The notes beneath the pieces were generated by a model. The model was not told where the DNA came from. It saw only the letters and a program-made list of their open reading frames with translations, and did no database searches. DNA of 60,791 bases from a bacterium (GTDB lineage Bacteria; Desulfobacterota; S145-22), in the NCBI GenBank assembly GCA_026986155.1, contig JALSPC010000016.1, positions 1-60,791 on the forward strand, in the 5' to 3' direction. Below are positions 9,014 through 16,981 of the stretch, piece after piece. The translations under genes were made by a program, and so were the position numbers. How positions within the stretch are numbered: the stretch's first letter is position 1; each line of letters starts with the position of its first letter.

Positions 9014-10267
9014 TTACTTTTTCAACTTGGCGTTCAGTCTCATCTGCTTGGCCATTTCTTTCATCTCCACCAGGGTTTCCTTCAATTTTGCGTAGCCGTA
9101 CCACGTGGTATAATCCGGCATGACATGAAAGGCCGCCTGGTAGGTCTTCATACGGTAATCCATGAACATCTCATAGAGTTTTTCCTCGATCGGGGTGTTG
9201 ACCTCGTAGAACGTGAGGAGGTCGGGATACGGAAAGGTGGCTTGGTTGGTCTTCTTCTTGATGATGCCATCCTTGTAGAGTCCCGCCACAAGGTTGATGG
9301 CCTCCGCGAAAATCTTGTCCGCCGCCTTGATCATCTGGTCGGCGTTCTTCAGGTTTTCCTTAGCAAAATTGGAGGAATGGCATTTTTCACAAACCTTCAG
9401 CATCCTGTTCCTTTCCTTCTCCCAGCCTTCCTTGGTCAACCGGGCGAGGTTGGCCGCCTTGACCACGTCCAGACGCTTGGTCGGCTTTCCGTTCTTGTCC
9501 AAGACGCCCAGGGCTTGCAGGATCGTTACGCGGTATCCCATCCATTCCTTGTCGGACTCAGGCAGGCGCAGCGCGAGAAATCCCCACGCGGTCATCACCC
9601 GGTGATCGCCGTTGGCCATGTGGCAATCCTGGCAGGTGGGACCCCGGTGGGCCTTCCGGTCCGTCACGTAAGCGGCGCCGTGCTTGGAATGGAACCACAT
9701 CTCCCACTGGGCATGATCGAAACCGGTGTGACAGCTGTTGCACGCCTCGGGCTGCAAGGCCTCTTTTTTGGAAAAGGCGTGACGGGTGTGGCAGTTCTGG
9801 CAGTCCATCCCGTACTTGTAATATTTCCTTAAAGCATTGCCTCTAACCTTCTGATCCGTAATTCCAAGGTTGTGGCACCCATTGCACCCCTTCTGACCCG
9901 CGATGAAGGCCTTGGGTTGCTTGTGGGCGAAGCCGGGAAAGGCCATGACGGGAAGCAACCCCAGGGAATGTTTCCCGCTCATGTACTGCTTGACCTGCTT
10001 GCTGTGGCATTTCTTACACGTGCTGATGGTCGGCAGAACAGCCTTGCTGGCATCTGCCGCGCTCGTATGGGCCGTGCCGTGACAATCCGCGCAGGTTAGC
10101 TCTTCCGCCATTTTCCCGCGGTTGAAATCCTTCACAATGCCGGGGGTCACCTTGGCGTGACACGTCTCACACTTTGAAGGTTTCGCCATGGCGGGAGAGG
10201 CACCAAACCCCAGGACGGCAAACAAAAACCCCACCGCAACCAAAAGATAAATCCCTTTACGCACCAT
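9014..10267 (-). CDS. Octahaem c-type cytochrome, hydroxylamine-oxidoreductase (HAO) family-like
   Basis: 417 aa with a signal/anchor peptide. Eight CxxCH motifs: CETCH, CADCH, CKKCH, CNGCH, CQNCH, CNSCH, CQDCH, CEKCH. HAO-like context motifs MDCQNCHTRHAF, CNSCHTGFDHAQWEMWFHSKHG and CEKCHSSNFA. Confidence 0.8.
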   Translation of the reverse strand: MVRKGIYLLVAVGFLFAVLGFGASPAMAKPSKCETCHAKVTPGIVKDFNRGKMAEELTCADCHGTAHTSAADASKAVLPTISTCKKCHSKQVKQYMSGKHSLGLLPVMAFPGFAHKQPKAFIAGQKGCNGCHNLGITDQKVRGNALRKYYKYGMDCQNCHTRHAFSKKEALQPEACNSCHTGFDHAQWEMWFHSKHGAAYVTDRKAHRGPTCQDCHMANGDHRVMTAWGFLALRLPESDKEWMGYRVTILQALGVLDKNGKPTKRLDVVKAANLARLTKEGWEKERNRMLKVCEKCHSSNFAKENLKNADQMIKAADKIFAEAINLVAGLYKDGIIKKKTNQATFPYPDLLTFYEVNTPIEEKLYEMFMDYRMKTYQAAFHVMPDYTTWYGYAKLKETLVEMKEMAKQMRLNAKLKK

Positions 10268-10405
10268 ACAATCCTCCTTTCCTAAAAATGTTTTTTGGTT
10301 TCTTTATAAAGTTCCCGCTCCCATCAACTACCTTCCGGACATTATTAATAATCTTTAAACGCTAATAAGTCAAGTATTCTTTATAGAAATCAAACGCCAT
10401 TTCCC

Positions 10406-10419
10406 TTGACTTAAGTCAA
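10406..10419. promoter_or_regulatory. CRP/FNR-family binding-site candidate upstream of the octahaem cytochrome
   Basis: Perfect palindrome TTGACTTAAGTCAA, which fits TTGA-N6-TCAA. Its centre lies about 30 nt upstream of a minus-strand TATAAA hexamer at 10380..10385. That spacing fits a class II activation geometry. Confidence 0.45.
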
Positions 10420-10513
10420 TTTTTTCTATCCATAGAATATTATATTTTTAAATTTACAATTATAAGAGTAAGCATGGTAAATCTATCACAGAACTTAGAG
10501 CTTTTGTAAGACC

Positions 10514-10541
10514 TTGCATTTATCCCCAAAAGGTGTATTAT
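10514..10541 (+). promoter_or_regulatory. Sigma70-type promoter candidate for typA
   Basis: TTGCAT, a 16-nt spacer, then TATTAT. It lies about 47 nt upstream of the typA ATG. Confidence 0.35.
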
Positions 10542-10587
10542 CCAGCCTCCACGCATCAATCGAAATAAATTTCAAAGGACTCATCCC

Positions 10588-12447
10588 ATGCATTCCAAAA
10601 CCGTCACCAACAACGAGTTAAGAAATATCGCCATCATCGCCCACGTGGACCACGGGAAAACCACCCTGGTGGACGCCATGTTCCGCCAAAGCGGGCTGTT
10701 CCGCTCCAACCAGGTGGTGGATGAACGGCTCATGGACACCCTCGACCTGGAGCGGGAACGCGGCATCACTATCGCCGCCAAAAATTGTTCCGTCATCTGG
10801 GACAGTATCCGAATCAATATCATCGACACCCCGGGACACGCGGATTTCGGCGGGGAGGTGGAACGGGCCCTCTCCATGGCCGACGGGGCCATCCTTCTCG
10901 TGGATGCCTCGGAAGGTCCCCTACCCCAGACTCGCTTCGTCCTCGGCAAGGCCCTGGACGCCGGCCTGAAGATCATCGTGGTCATCAACAAGATAGACCG
11001 CCAGGACGCCCGGCCCAACGAGGTGCTCGACGAGATCTACGACTTGCTCATCGACCTAGACGCCACCGACGACCAGTTGGAGTTCCCCCTCCTCTACGCC
11101 GTCGGACGCGACGGCATCGCCAAAAAATCCCTGGAGGAGCCCGGAAAAACCCTCAACCCCCTCATGGAAACCATTCTGAAAGAGATCCCCGGTCCCGTAT
11201 ACACGCCGGGGACACCTTTTCAGATGCTCGTTTCGGACCTGGGTTACTCGGACTATCTGGGCCGCCTGGCCGTGGGAAAGATCTTCAACGGATCGGCGCG
11301 CGCGAAGGATAGCCTCGTCCGTCTTGGGGAAGACGGCCACACCACCCCCCTCAAGATTACCAGCCTCCAGGTTTACCGAGGGATGAAATTGAAGGAGGTG
11401 GAGGAGGTCCAGCCGGGGGACATCGTGGTCCTCTCCGGCATTGAAGACGTGAAGATCGGCGATACCATCTGCACCCAGGAGGCCCCCCGCGCCTTGCCCC
11501 GTATCCGCGTGGAGGAACCGACCGTCTCCATGAAGTTCACGGTGAACAATTCTCCCCTGAGCGGGAAGGAAGGCCCCTACGTGCAGGGGGGACGCATCCT
11601 CGAACGCCTTAAGAAAGAAACCCTCAGAAACGTCTCGATCCAGGTGGAGACAACGGACCGGCAGGACACCTTTATTGTCAAGGGCCGCGGCGAGTTTCAG
11701 CTCGCCATTCTCATCGAAACCATGCGGCGGGAGGGTTTCGAGTTCTGCGTGGGACGTCCCGAGGTCATCTTCAAGTTCAAGGACGAAAAGAAAATGGAAC
11801 CGATGGAACAAGTCCTCATCGACTGCGAGGAACGTTTCCTCGGGATCATCACGGAAAAACTCGCCCTCCGGAAGGGAAAGATGACCAACCTGGTGAACAA
11901 CGGCTCGGGCCGCATCCGTATTGAATTTTCCATTCCTTCCCGGGGGCTCATCGGGTACCGGGACGCGTTTTTAACCGACACCCGGGGAACCGGCATCCTG
12001 CACACCCTTTTCGACGGCTACGGGGAATACCAGGGAGACTATCCCAGCCGCTTCACCGGCTCCATCGTTGCGGACCGGAGCGGGCAGGCGGTTCCCTACG
12101 CCCTGTTCAACCTGGAACCGCGGGGACGGCTCTTCATCACGCCGGGTCAGCCCGTTTACGAGGGCATGATCATCGGAGAGCACAACCGCGGCAAAGACAT
12201 CGACGTGAACGCGTGCAAAGAGAAGAAATTGAGCAACATGCGCGCAGCCGGCCGGGACGCCAACATCATCCTCTCCAAGGTCACTCCGCTCACCCTGGAG
12301 CAGGCCATCGGTTTCATCCGGGAGGACGAATGGGTGGAGGTCACCCCCCGTTCCATCCGCCTCCGCAAGGTTATCCTTTCCGCGCAAAAACGCCATGCCC
12401 TCCGCGGGCTACAACTGAAAAAAGGGATCAGTAACCGGGCGGCGTGA
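10588..12447 (+). CDS. typA: Translational GTPase TypA/BipA
   Basis: 619 aa. G1 motif [34 protein letters not shown]. Confidence 0.95.
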   Translation: MHSKTVTNNELRNIAIIAHVDHGKTTLVDAMFRQSGLFRSNQVVDERLMDTLDLERERGITIAAKNCSVIWDSIRINIIDTPGHADFGGEVERALSMADGAILLVDASEGPLPQTRFVLGKALDAGLKIIVVINKIDRQDARPNEVLDEIYDLLIDLDATDDQLEFPLLYAVGRDGIAKKSLEEPGKTLNPLMETILKEIPGPVYTPGTPFQMLVSDLGYSDYLGRLAVGKIFNGSARAKDSLVRLGEDGHTTPLKITSLQVYRGMKLKEVEEVQPGDIVVLSGIEDVKIGDTICTQEAPRALPRIRVEEPTVSMKFTVNNSPLSGKEGPYVQGGRILERLKKETLRNVSIQVETTDRQDTFIVKGRGEFQLAILIETMRREGFEFCVGRPEVIFKFKDEKKMEPMEQVLIDCEERFLGIITEKLALRKGKMTNLVNNGSGRIRIEFSIPSRGLIGYRDAFLTDTRGTGILHTLFDGYGEYQGDYPSRFTGSIVADRSGQAVPYALFNLEPRGRLFITPGQPVYEGMIIGEHNRGKDIDVNACKEKKLSNMRAAGRDANIILSKVTPLTLEQAIGFIREDEWVEVTPRSIRLRKVILSAQKRHALRGLQLKKGISNRAA

Positions 12448-12460
12448 AATCCAGCCCTTG

Positions 12461-12496
12461 AAAAACCCGGGGGCGGTTTCCCGCCCCCCCTTTTTT
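12461..12496. terminator. Bidirectional rho-independent terminator
   Basis: AAAAA, then stem CCCGGGGGCGG, loop tttc, stem CCGCCCCCCC, then TTTTTT. It sits between the convergent typA and the 58-aa ORF. Confidence 0.7.
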
Positions 12497-12507
12497 ACGC
12501 CGTCGAT

Positions 12508-12684
12508 CTAACTGGGCCTGGCCAGGGCGTACTCCAGCTCTGCGGGGCTCAACGTGGGATGGGTCACCCGCTTTTCCCGTTCCGGCGGCGTGTCACTGCG
12601 GGTCGTTTCCTCTTTTGCCATGGTTGCCTCCGCCAATTCCCTCTTCATCATTCCTGATTTCATCTCGTTTTGTCTTTCGGACAT
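12508..12684 (-). CDS. Hypothetical 58-aa protein downstream of the tandem attenuators
   Basis: Below the track length cutoff. SD AAGGAG lies 8 nt before the ATG. Translation: MSERQNEMKSGMMKRELAEATMAKEETTRSDTPPEREKRVTHPTLSPAELEYALARPS. I recognise no family. Confidence 0.4.
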   Translation of the reverse strand: MSERQNEMKSGMMKRELAEATMAKEETTRSDTPPEREKRVTHPTLSPAELEYALARPS

Positions 12685-12724
12685 CACTCTTTCTCCTTTT
12701 TAAATACTTTTTCATGTTGAAACG

Positions 12725-12769
12725 AAAAAAGCCGCGGGAAGAGAAGAAGATTCCTGCTCTCCCCGCGGC
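12725..12769 (-). terminator. Terminator of attenuator unit A
   Basis: Minus-strand stem GCCGCGGGGAGAG / CUCUUCCCGCGGC followed by UUUUUU. Confidence 0.65.
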
Positions 12770-12787
12770 TTACGCTCTGCGCACACC

Positions 12788-12880
12788 TTAGCCCGCGGGG
12801 GGACCTCTCCCGGTAAAAAAGTAAAAATAGGCGCAAGCTTTTTCCCTGCCCATGTCGATTCTCCCGTTACCTCTCATCAT
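12788..12880 (-). CDS. Leader peptide A, 30 aa, Phe/Tyr-rich
   Basis: SD GGGAGG lies 9 nt before the ATG. Translation: MMRGNGRIDMGREKACAYFYFFTGRGPPAG. The last four codons and the stop overlap the antiterminator arm CCCCGCGGGCU. Confidence 0.5.
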   Translation of the reverse strand: MMRGNGRIDMGREKACAYFYFFTGRGPPAG

Positions 12881-12909
12881 GCCTGTCATCCTCCCGTGAA
12901 ACTATCAAC

Positions 12910-12940
12910 AAAAAAGCCGTGAGCGCCTACCGCCCACGGC
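12910..12940 (-). terminator. Terminator of attenuator unit B
   Basis: Minus-strand stem GCCGUGGGCG / CGCUCACGGC followed by UUUUUU. Confidence 0.65.
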
Positions 12941-12969
12941 CTTGAACCTTCCTGTGTCATGAAGACCCC

Positions 12970-13062
12970 TCAAGCCATGGGCAGACCTCTCCCGGCGAAA
13001 AAGTAAAAAAAGCAATAGGCGCTTATGGAAACGTAACCTTTGGATTGCAAGATTGAAATCAT
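12970..13062 (-). CDS. Leader peptide B, 30 aa, Phe/Tyr-rich
   Basis: A GGAGG SD lies upstream. A GTG at 13065 is an alternative start. Translation: MISILQSKGYVSISAYCFFYFFAGRGLPMA. Same length as peptide A and aligns to it without gaps. Confidence 0.5.
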   Translation of the reverse strand: MISILQSKGYVSISAYCFFYFFAGRGLPMA

Positions 13063-13093
13063 CACTGTTCTCTTTTCCTCCGTTGTCATTTTA

Positions 13094-13122
13094 ACTCTAA
13101 ACCCTTTTTTACCGTATGTCAA
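13094..13122 (-). promoter_or_regulatory. Sigma70-type promoter candidate for the tandem attenuator transcript
   Basis: Minus strand: TTGACA, a 17-nt spacer, then TAGAGT. Confidence 0.45.
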
Positions 13123-13176
13123 GCCCAATTTTTCGCATAAAATATTCTCACCAGCGAATTTCTAAGAAAGAAGTTC

Positions 13177-13205
13177 TTGACACATACCACATAGTGGTAT
13201 ATTAA
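13177..13205 (+). promoter_or_regulatory. Sigma70-type promoter candidate with an embedded palindromic operator
   Basis: TTGACA, a 17-nt spacer, then TATTAA. The spacer carries ATACCAC-ATA-GTGGTAT at 13184..13200. Confidence 0.45.
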
Positions 13206-13591
13206 ATTAAAATAAATCAAATTTAGAAAACCAAGAAGAATTGTAACATATTTTATGGACAAGAAAATGCGGGAAGTGAATTATTGCACGTTCGGCCATT
13301 GTTTAAAAAAGAATCTATGACAGCTGCTGTATCTCGAAAACACCTGTTTGAAGCTTTGCATTCTAAAACTGCGCCTATCGCGCCTTCCCCCGGGCACCCT
13401 CTTTTTTTCACCATATTATATAAAAACATCCACATATTTGATGACGACGTTTCATTAGTTCCGAATACCAAGTCTCAGGGAATCTCTCTCTATCCCAGGA
13501 AATTACAACTGTACGGAGTACTCTCAAGAGGGGGCATTCCCCCGCTTTATAATTCTGAAATCCCTTATCCAAGAAAGGAGGTTCTGTTTTC

Positions 13592-14026
13592 ATGAACGCA
13601 TCAAGACGAAAATTTCTCGACGGTCTTCTGGGGCTTTTCAGCCTCGCCGGGTTGGCCGCCTTGGCCTATCCAATCCTCAGGTATATCACTCCCATAAAAA
13701 AGAGAGAGGACTCCACGTTATCCGTCGTCGCCTCCAAGATCAACGTGCTGACCCCCAACACAGGGAAATTGTTCAAGTTCGGCAGTAAACCCGGGATTCT
13801 CATCATGACCCCCGAAGGCAAGTACCGGGCATTCTCCGCCGTCTGCACGCACCTCGGCTGCATCGTCCAGTACAGCAGCAAGGATCAGCAGATCTGGTGC
13901 CCGTGCCACAACGGCTGGTTCGATCTCAACGGTCACGTCGTGTCCGGCCCACCCCCTCGTGACCTCGAGCGCTACACGGTCTTCATAAAAGGACAAGATA
14001 TCATCGTGAAAAAGGAGAAGGCATGA
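13592..14026 (+). CDS. Rieske [2Fe-2S] protein
   Basis: 144 aa. Tat-like SRRKFLD followed by a TM segment. Rieske boxes CTHLGC and CPCHNGWF. Confidence 0.9.
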   Translation: MNASRRKFLDGLLGLFSLAGLAALAYPILRYITPIKKREDSTLSVVASKINVLTPNTGKLFKFGSKPGILIMTPEGKYRAFSAVCTHLGCIVQYSSKDQQIWCPCHNGWFDLNGHVVSGPPPRDLERYTVFIKGQDIIVKKEKA

Positions 14027-15084
14027 TGAAGGAAAAGATGCTCAATTGGGTCGAAGAAAGGTTTGACCTGTCCGCGATCCGGCATTTGACAAGGGAAAAG
14101 ACGGTTCCCGTGCACAGGTACACTCCTTTCTATTACTTTGGCGGGCTCGCGCTATTCTTCTTCGTCGTCCAGATTGTCACCGGTATCCTCCTCATGTTGT
14201 ATTACAAGCCAACCGGAGAAAACGCTTACGAAAGTATCCGAACCATTATGACCCAGGTTCGTTTTGGCTGGCTGATTCGTTCCATCCACGTCTGGGGCAC
14301 AAACTTGATGATGCTGGCCGTTTTATTGCACACGTTTGCCAAGTATTTTTTGAAGGCATACAGAAAGCCGAGAGAGTTGACCTGGATCTCCGGTTTCTTT
14401 CTACTCGTCCTGGCGTTGGGCTTCAGTTTTACCGGCCACCCGCTTCCCTGGAACGAATTCGCCTACTTCGCAGCAAAGATTGGAACGGCAAGCATCGGAT
14501 CGGTCCCCCTCGTCGGTCCCTGGTTGCTGGAAGCCATCCGAGGCGGTCAAGGTGTCACGGGTAATACCATCAGCCGTCTTTTCGCCCTGCACGTGGTTGT
14601 TCTCCCCCTCGTAACGATCGGGCTCGTGATTCTCCATCTCCTCTTCGTTCAAATCCAGGGTTCGAGTGTACCCATAAAGGTCAAACCGGTTGGGGAAATT
14701 CCCTTTTTCCCCAATTTTTTTCTCCGAGACTTGAGGGTATGGATGGGAGCCCTGATCGTTCTCGTCGGCCTGGCGACCTTCATCCCAGCCGAACTCGGGA
14801 AAAAAGCCGCCCAGTTCGCCTCGGCCCCGGCCGGGTTAAAACCCGACTGGTATTTTCTCCCCATGTACCAGATCCTGAAATGGATACCTTCAACCATTCT
14901 GGGGATTTCCGGTGAATTGATCGGGATCGGGCTCATCAGCACCGGCGCTTTGTTGATCCTGGTGGTTCCTTTTCTCGACGTCAAGGCCTCCCGGGAGGAA
15001 GAATCAACCTGGTTTACCGTCATTGGGGTCTTCGTTCTCTTTGTCTTCATGCTGGCAATTACAATCTACGCGAAATTATACTGA
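14023..15084 (+). CDS. Cytochrome b (b6 plus subunit IV-like fusion)
   Basis: 353 aa. FYYFGGLALFFFVVQIVTGILLMLYYKP and RSIHVWGTNLMMLAVLLH (haem-ligand helices). PDWYFLPMYQILK. ATGA overlap with the Rieske gene. Confidence 0.9.
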   Translation: MMKEKMLNWVEERFDLSAIRHLTREKTVPVHRYTPFYYFGGLALFFFVVQIVTGILLMLYYKPTGENAYESIRTIMTQVRFGWLIRSIHVWGTNLMMLAVLLHTFAKYFLKAYRKPRELTWISGFFLLVLALGFSFTGHPLPWNEFAYFAAKIGTASIGSVPLVGPWLLEAIRGGQGVTGNTISRLFALHVVVLPLVTIGLVILHLLFVQIQGSSVPIKVKPVGEIPFFPNFFLRDLRVWMGALIVLVGLATFIPAELGKKAAQFASAPAGLKPDWYFLPMYQILKWIPSTILGISGELIGIGLISTGALLILVVPFLDVKASREEESTWFTVIGVFVLFVFMLAITIYAKLY

Positions 15085-15097
15085 TCGGAGGAGCAAG

Positions 15098-16348
15098 ATG
15101 AGAAAAATAATCACCATTATCCTGGTCTTCACAGCCCTCGCGGTTTACCAGAATGTTCACGCCGAGGAAACCTCCTGTCAGGCCTGCCACGCCAAACTGA
15201 ATGGGCGCTTGTCTGAACCTGTAACCCAATGGAAAAACAGCGTGCATCACCAGGCGGGGATAAGCTGTACGAATTGTCACGGGGGAGACCCGGCCGCCCG
15301 CAGTGAAAGCTCCGCCCATAATGAAAAGACGGGATGGATTGGAAAACCCGGCCCAATCAAGTCAGTAAGAATTTGTGGAAATTGTCATGGGAACGAGCTG
15401 TTCATGAAAAAGTTTGACCCCAACGCGCGAACGGACCAATTGAAAAATTACCTCACCTCGAACCACGGGATTAATATCATGTTTAAAAAGGACGGCAAGG
15501 GTGCAACCTGCGTCAGTTGCCACGGCGCCCATGATGTCCTCAAGGCAATGAACCCTCAATCTCACGTCTACCCCACCCGGGTCGTGGAAACCTGCGCAAA
15601 ATGCCACGCCGACAAAAAACTGATGGCGAAATACGGAATATCGGGGAATGAAGTCTCGGAATATAAAAAGAGTGTTCATGCCAAGGCGTTGTATGAAGGC
15701 CATGACCTCTTCGCTCCTACCTGTAATGACTGTCATGGAAACCACGGCGCCGTTCCCCCAAAGGCCGCTTCTATCGAGGACGTGTGCGGCTTATGCCATG
15801 CCTTGGATCAGAAACTTTTCAACGAAAGCCCCCACAAGGCATGGAAAGAGTCCGGTTTGAGAGGATGCATGGAATGCCACGGCAACCACGCCATTCTGAA
15901 ACCCACCGACGCCATGCTGGCTCCCGGCAAGGGTATCTGTCTCAAATGCCATGAAACGGGAGAAAAGGCATTGAAAACCATGAACACCATGTATTCGACG
16001 CTAACAGGGTTGAAAAGAAAAATGGAAAACACCAAGAAACTGGTCGACACCGCCTCGGAAAAGGGGATGCCGATGGACGACGCCCTGCTCATTCTCCAGG
16101 AAGCGAGAAACAGTTACATCAAGTCTCATACGGCCATTCACAAGTTCAACGCCGCCTACGTGCAGCAAACGGCCCAAGGGGCATTCAAAGAGGTGATCAA
16201 GGCCCAAAAAATCGCCCATGCCCGCATTGCTGAAATAAAAAAACGCCGTGCGTTTTTTTACTGGTTCGGCGCCGTCATCATCCTGTTGATCCTTCTTTTG
16301 AGCATCAAGATCCGCATCATGGTGAAAAAGAAGAAACGGCTCCCTTAG
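15098..16348 (+). CDS. Membrane-anchored nine-haem c-type cytochrome
   Basis: Start at MRKIITIILVF, with a GGAGGAG SD. The track start at 15023 overlaps cyt b. Nine CxxCH motifs. C-terminal TM segment FFYWFGAVIILLILLLSIKI. Confidence 0.85.
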   Translation: MRKIITIILVFTALAVYQNVHAEETSCQACHAKLNGRLSEPVTQWKNSVHHQAGISCTNCHGGDPAARSESSAHNEKTGWIGKPGPIKSVRICGNCHGNELFMKKFDPNARTDQLKNYLTSNHGINIMFKKDGKGATCVSCHGAHDVLKAMNPQSHVYPTRVVETCAKCHADKKLMAKYGISGNEVSEYKKSVHAKALYEGHDLFAPTCNDCHGNHGAVPPKAASIEDVCGLCHALDQKLFNESPHKAWKESGLRGCMECHGNHAILKPTDAMLAPGKGICLKCHETGEKALKTMNTMYSTLTGLKRKMENTKKLVDTASEKGMPMDDALLILQEARNSYIKSHTAIHKFNAAYVQQTAQGAFKEVIKAQKIAHARIAEIKKRRAFFYWFGAVIILLILLLSIKIRIMVKKKKRLP

Positions 16349-16492
16349 GAATTCTACCAGTGAGCGCATGCCCCCATCCCTGGAATCACTTGACCCCCCG
16401 TCCTTCCGCCTGTAGGATCGTGCCGAAAGTAACAGGCCTCTCACCATGCCTGGGGACACAACTCGCGGAGACGGCCCCATCGGAGAGAAAGA

Positions 16493-16888
16493 ATGAAAGC
16501 TGAAGAGTTCGCTGCCATACGCAAAAGGCTGGGCAAGACCCAGAAAAAGATGGCCGAACTATTAGGTGTCTCGGTCAAAGCAATTCACAGTTACGAACAG
16601 GGGTGGCGCAAGATCCCGGCGCACGTGGAAAGACAAGCCTTCCTCCTCTTTTCAAGGACACTGGAAGACAGCAAAACGACAAAACCTTGCTGGGTCATCA
16701 ATGAATGCCTCCCACACATGGATGAAAAATGCCCTGCCTGGGAATTCAGGTTTGGAACCCTTTGCTGGTTTATCAACGGGACAATCTGTGAAGGGAAGGT
16801 TCATGCCAACTGGAATGAAAAGATGGAAGTCTGCCGTAAATGCAAGGTCATGGCCCCCCTTTTATCCGAACTCAACTCCTCAACCTGA
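16493..16888 (+). CDS. XRE-family HTH regulator with a Cys/Trp-rich C-terminal domain
   Basis: 131 aa. HTH segment LGKTQKKMAELLGVSVKAIHSYEQG. C-terminal half has 7 Cys including PCWVINEC and LCWFINGTIC. It is possibly the domain annotated as two-CW, but I am not certain. Confidence 0.75.
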   Translation: MKAEEFAAIRKRLGKTQKKMAELLGVSVKAIHSYEQGWRKIPAHVERQAFLLFSRTLEDSKTTKPCWVINECLPHMDEKCPAWEFRFGTLCWFINGTICEGKVHANWNEKMEVCRKCKVMAPLLSELNSST

Positions 16889-16981
16889 TGAACCATGACA
16901 CCCTCCCGTGATCCTGGTCGGGACCCGGGGGCGAAACTTTTCTGAAAATTTGGATATCTGCTCCCTTACCATCATCCTTGC

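Noticed and set aside
9868-9890. TGGCAC...TGCA string resembling a sigma54 promoter
   Set aside because: The GG-to-GC spacing is wrong (N8 instead of N10). It lies inside the octahaem gene on the opposite strand.
12720-13070. Tandem glycine riboswitch, or another known tandem riboswitch, suggested by the GGGAGAGG strings
   Set aside because: The units are too short, about 110 nt including the terminator. They lack the conserved ACCGAAGGGGCAA-type core. The conserved segment is better explained as coding sequence (SD plus a 30-codon ORF in both units).
13284-13595. 103-aa plus-strand ORF upstream of and overlapping the Rieske start, together with 13253..13471(-)
   Set aside because: It has a TTG start without an SD, lies in an AT-rich region, and shows no family resemblance. 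I treat it as part of a non-coding leader.
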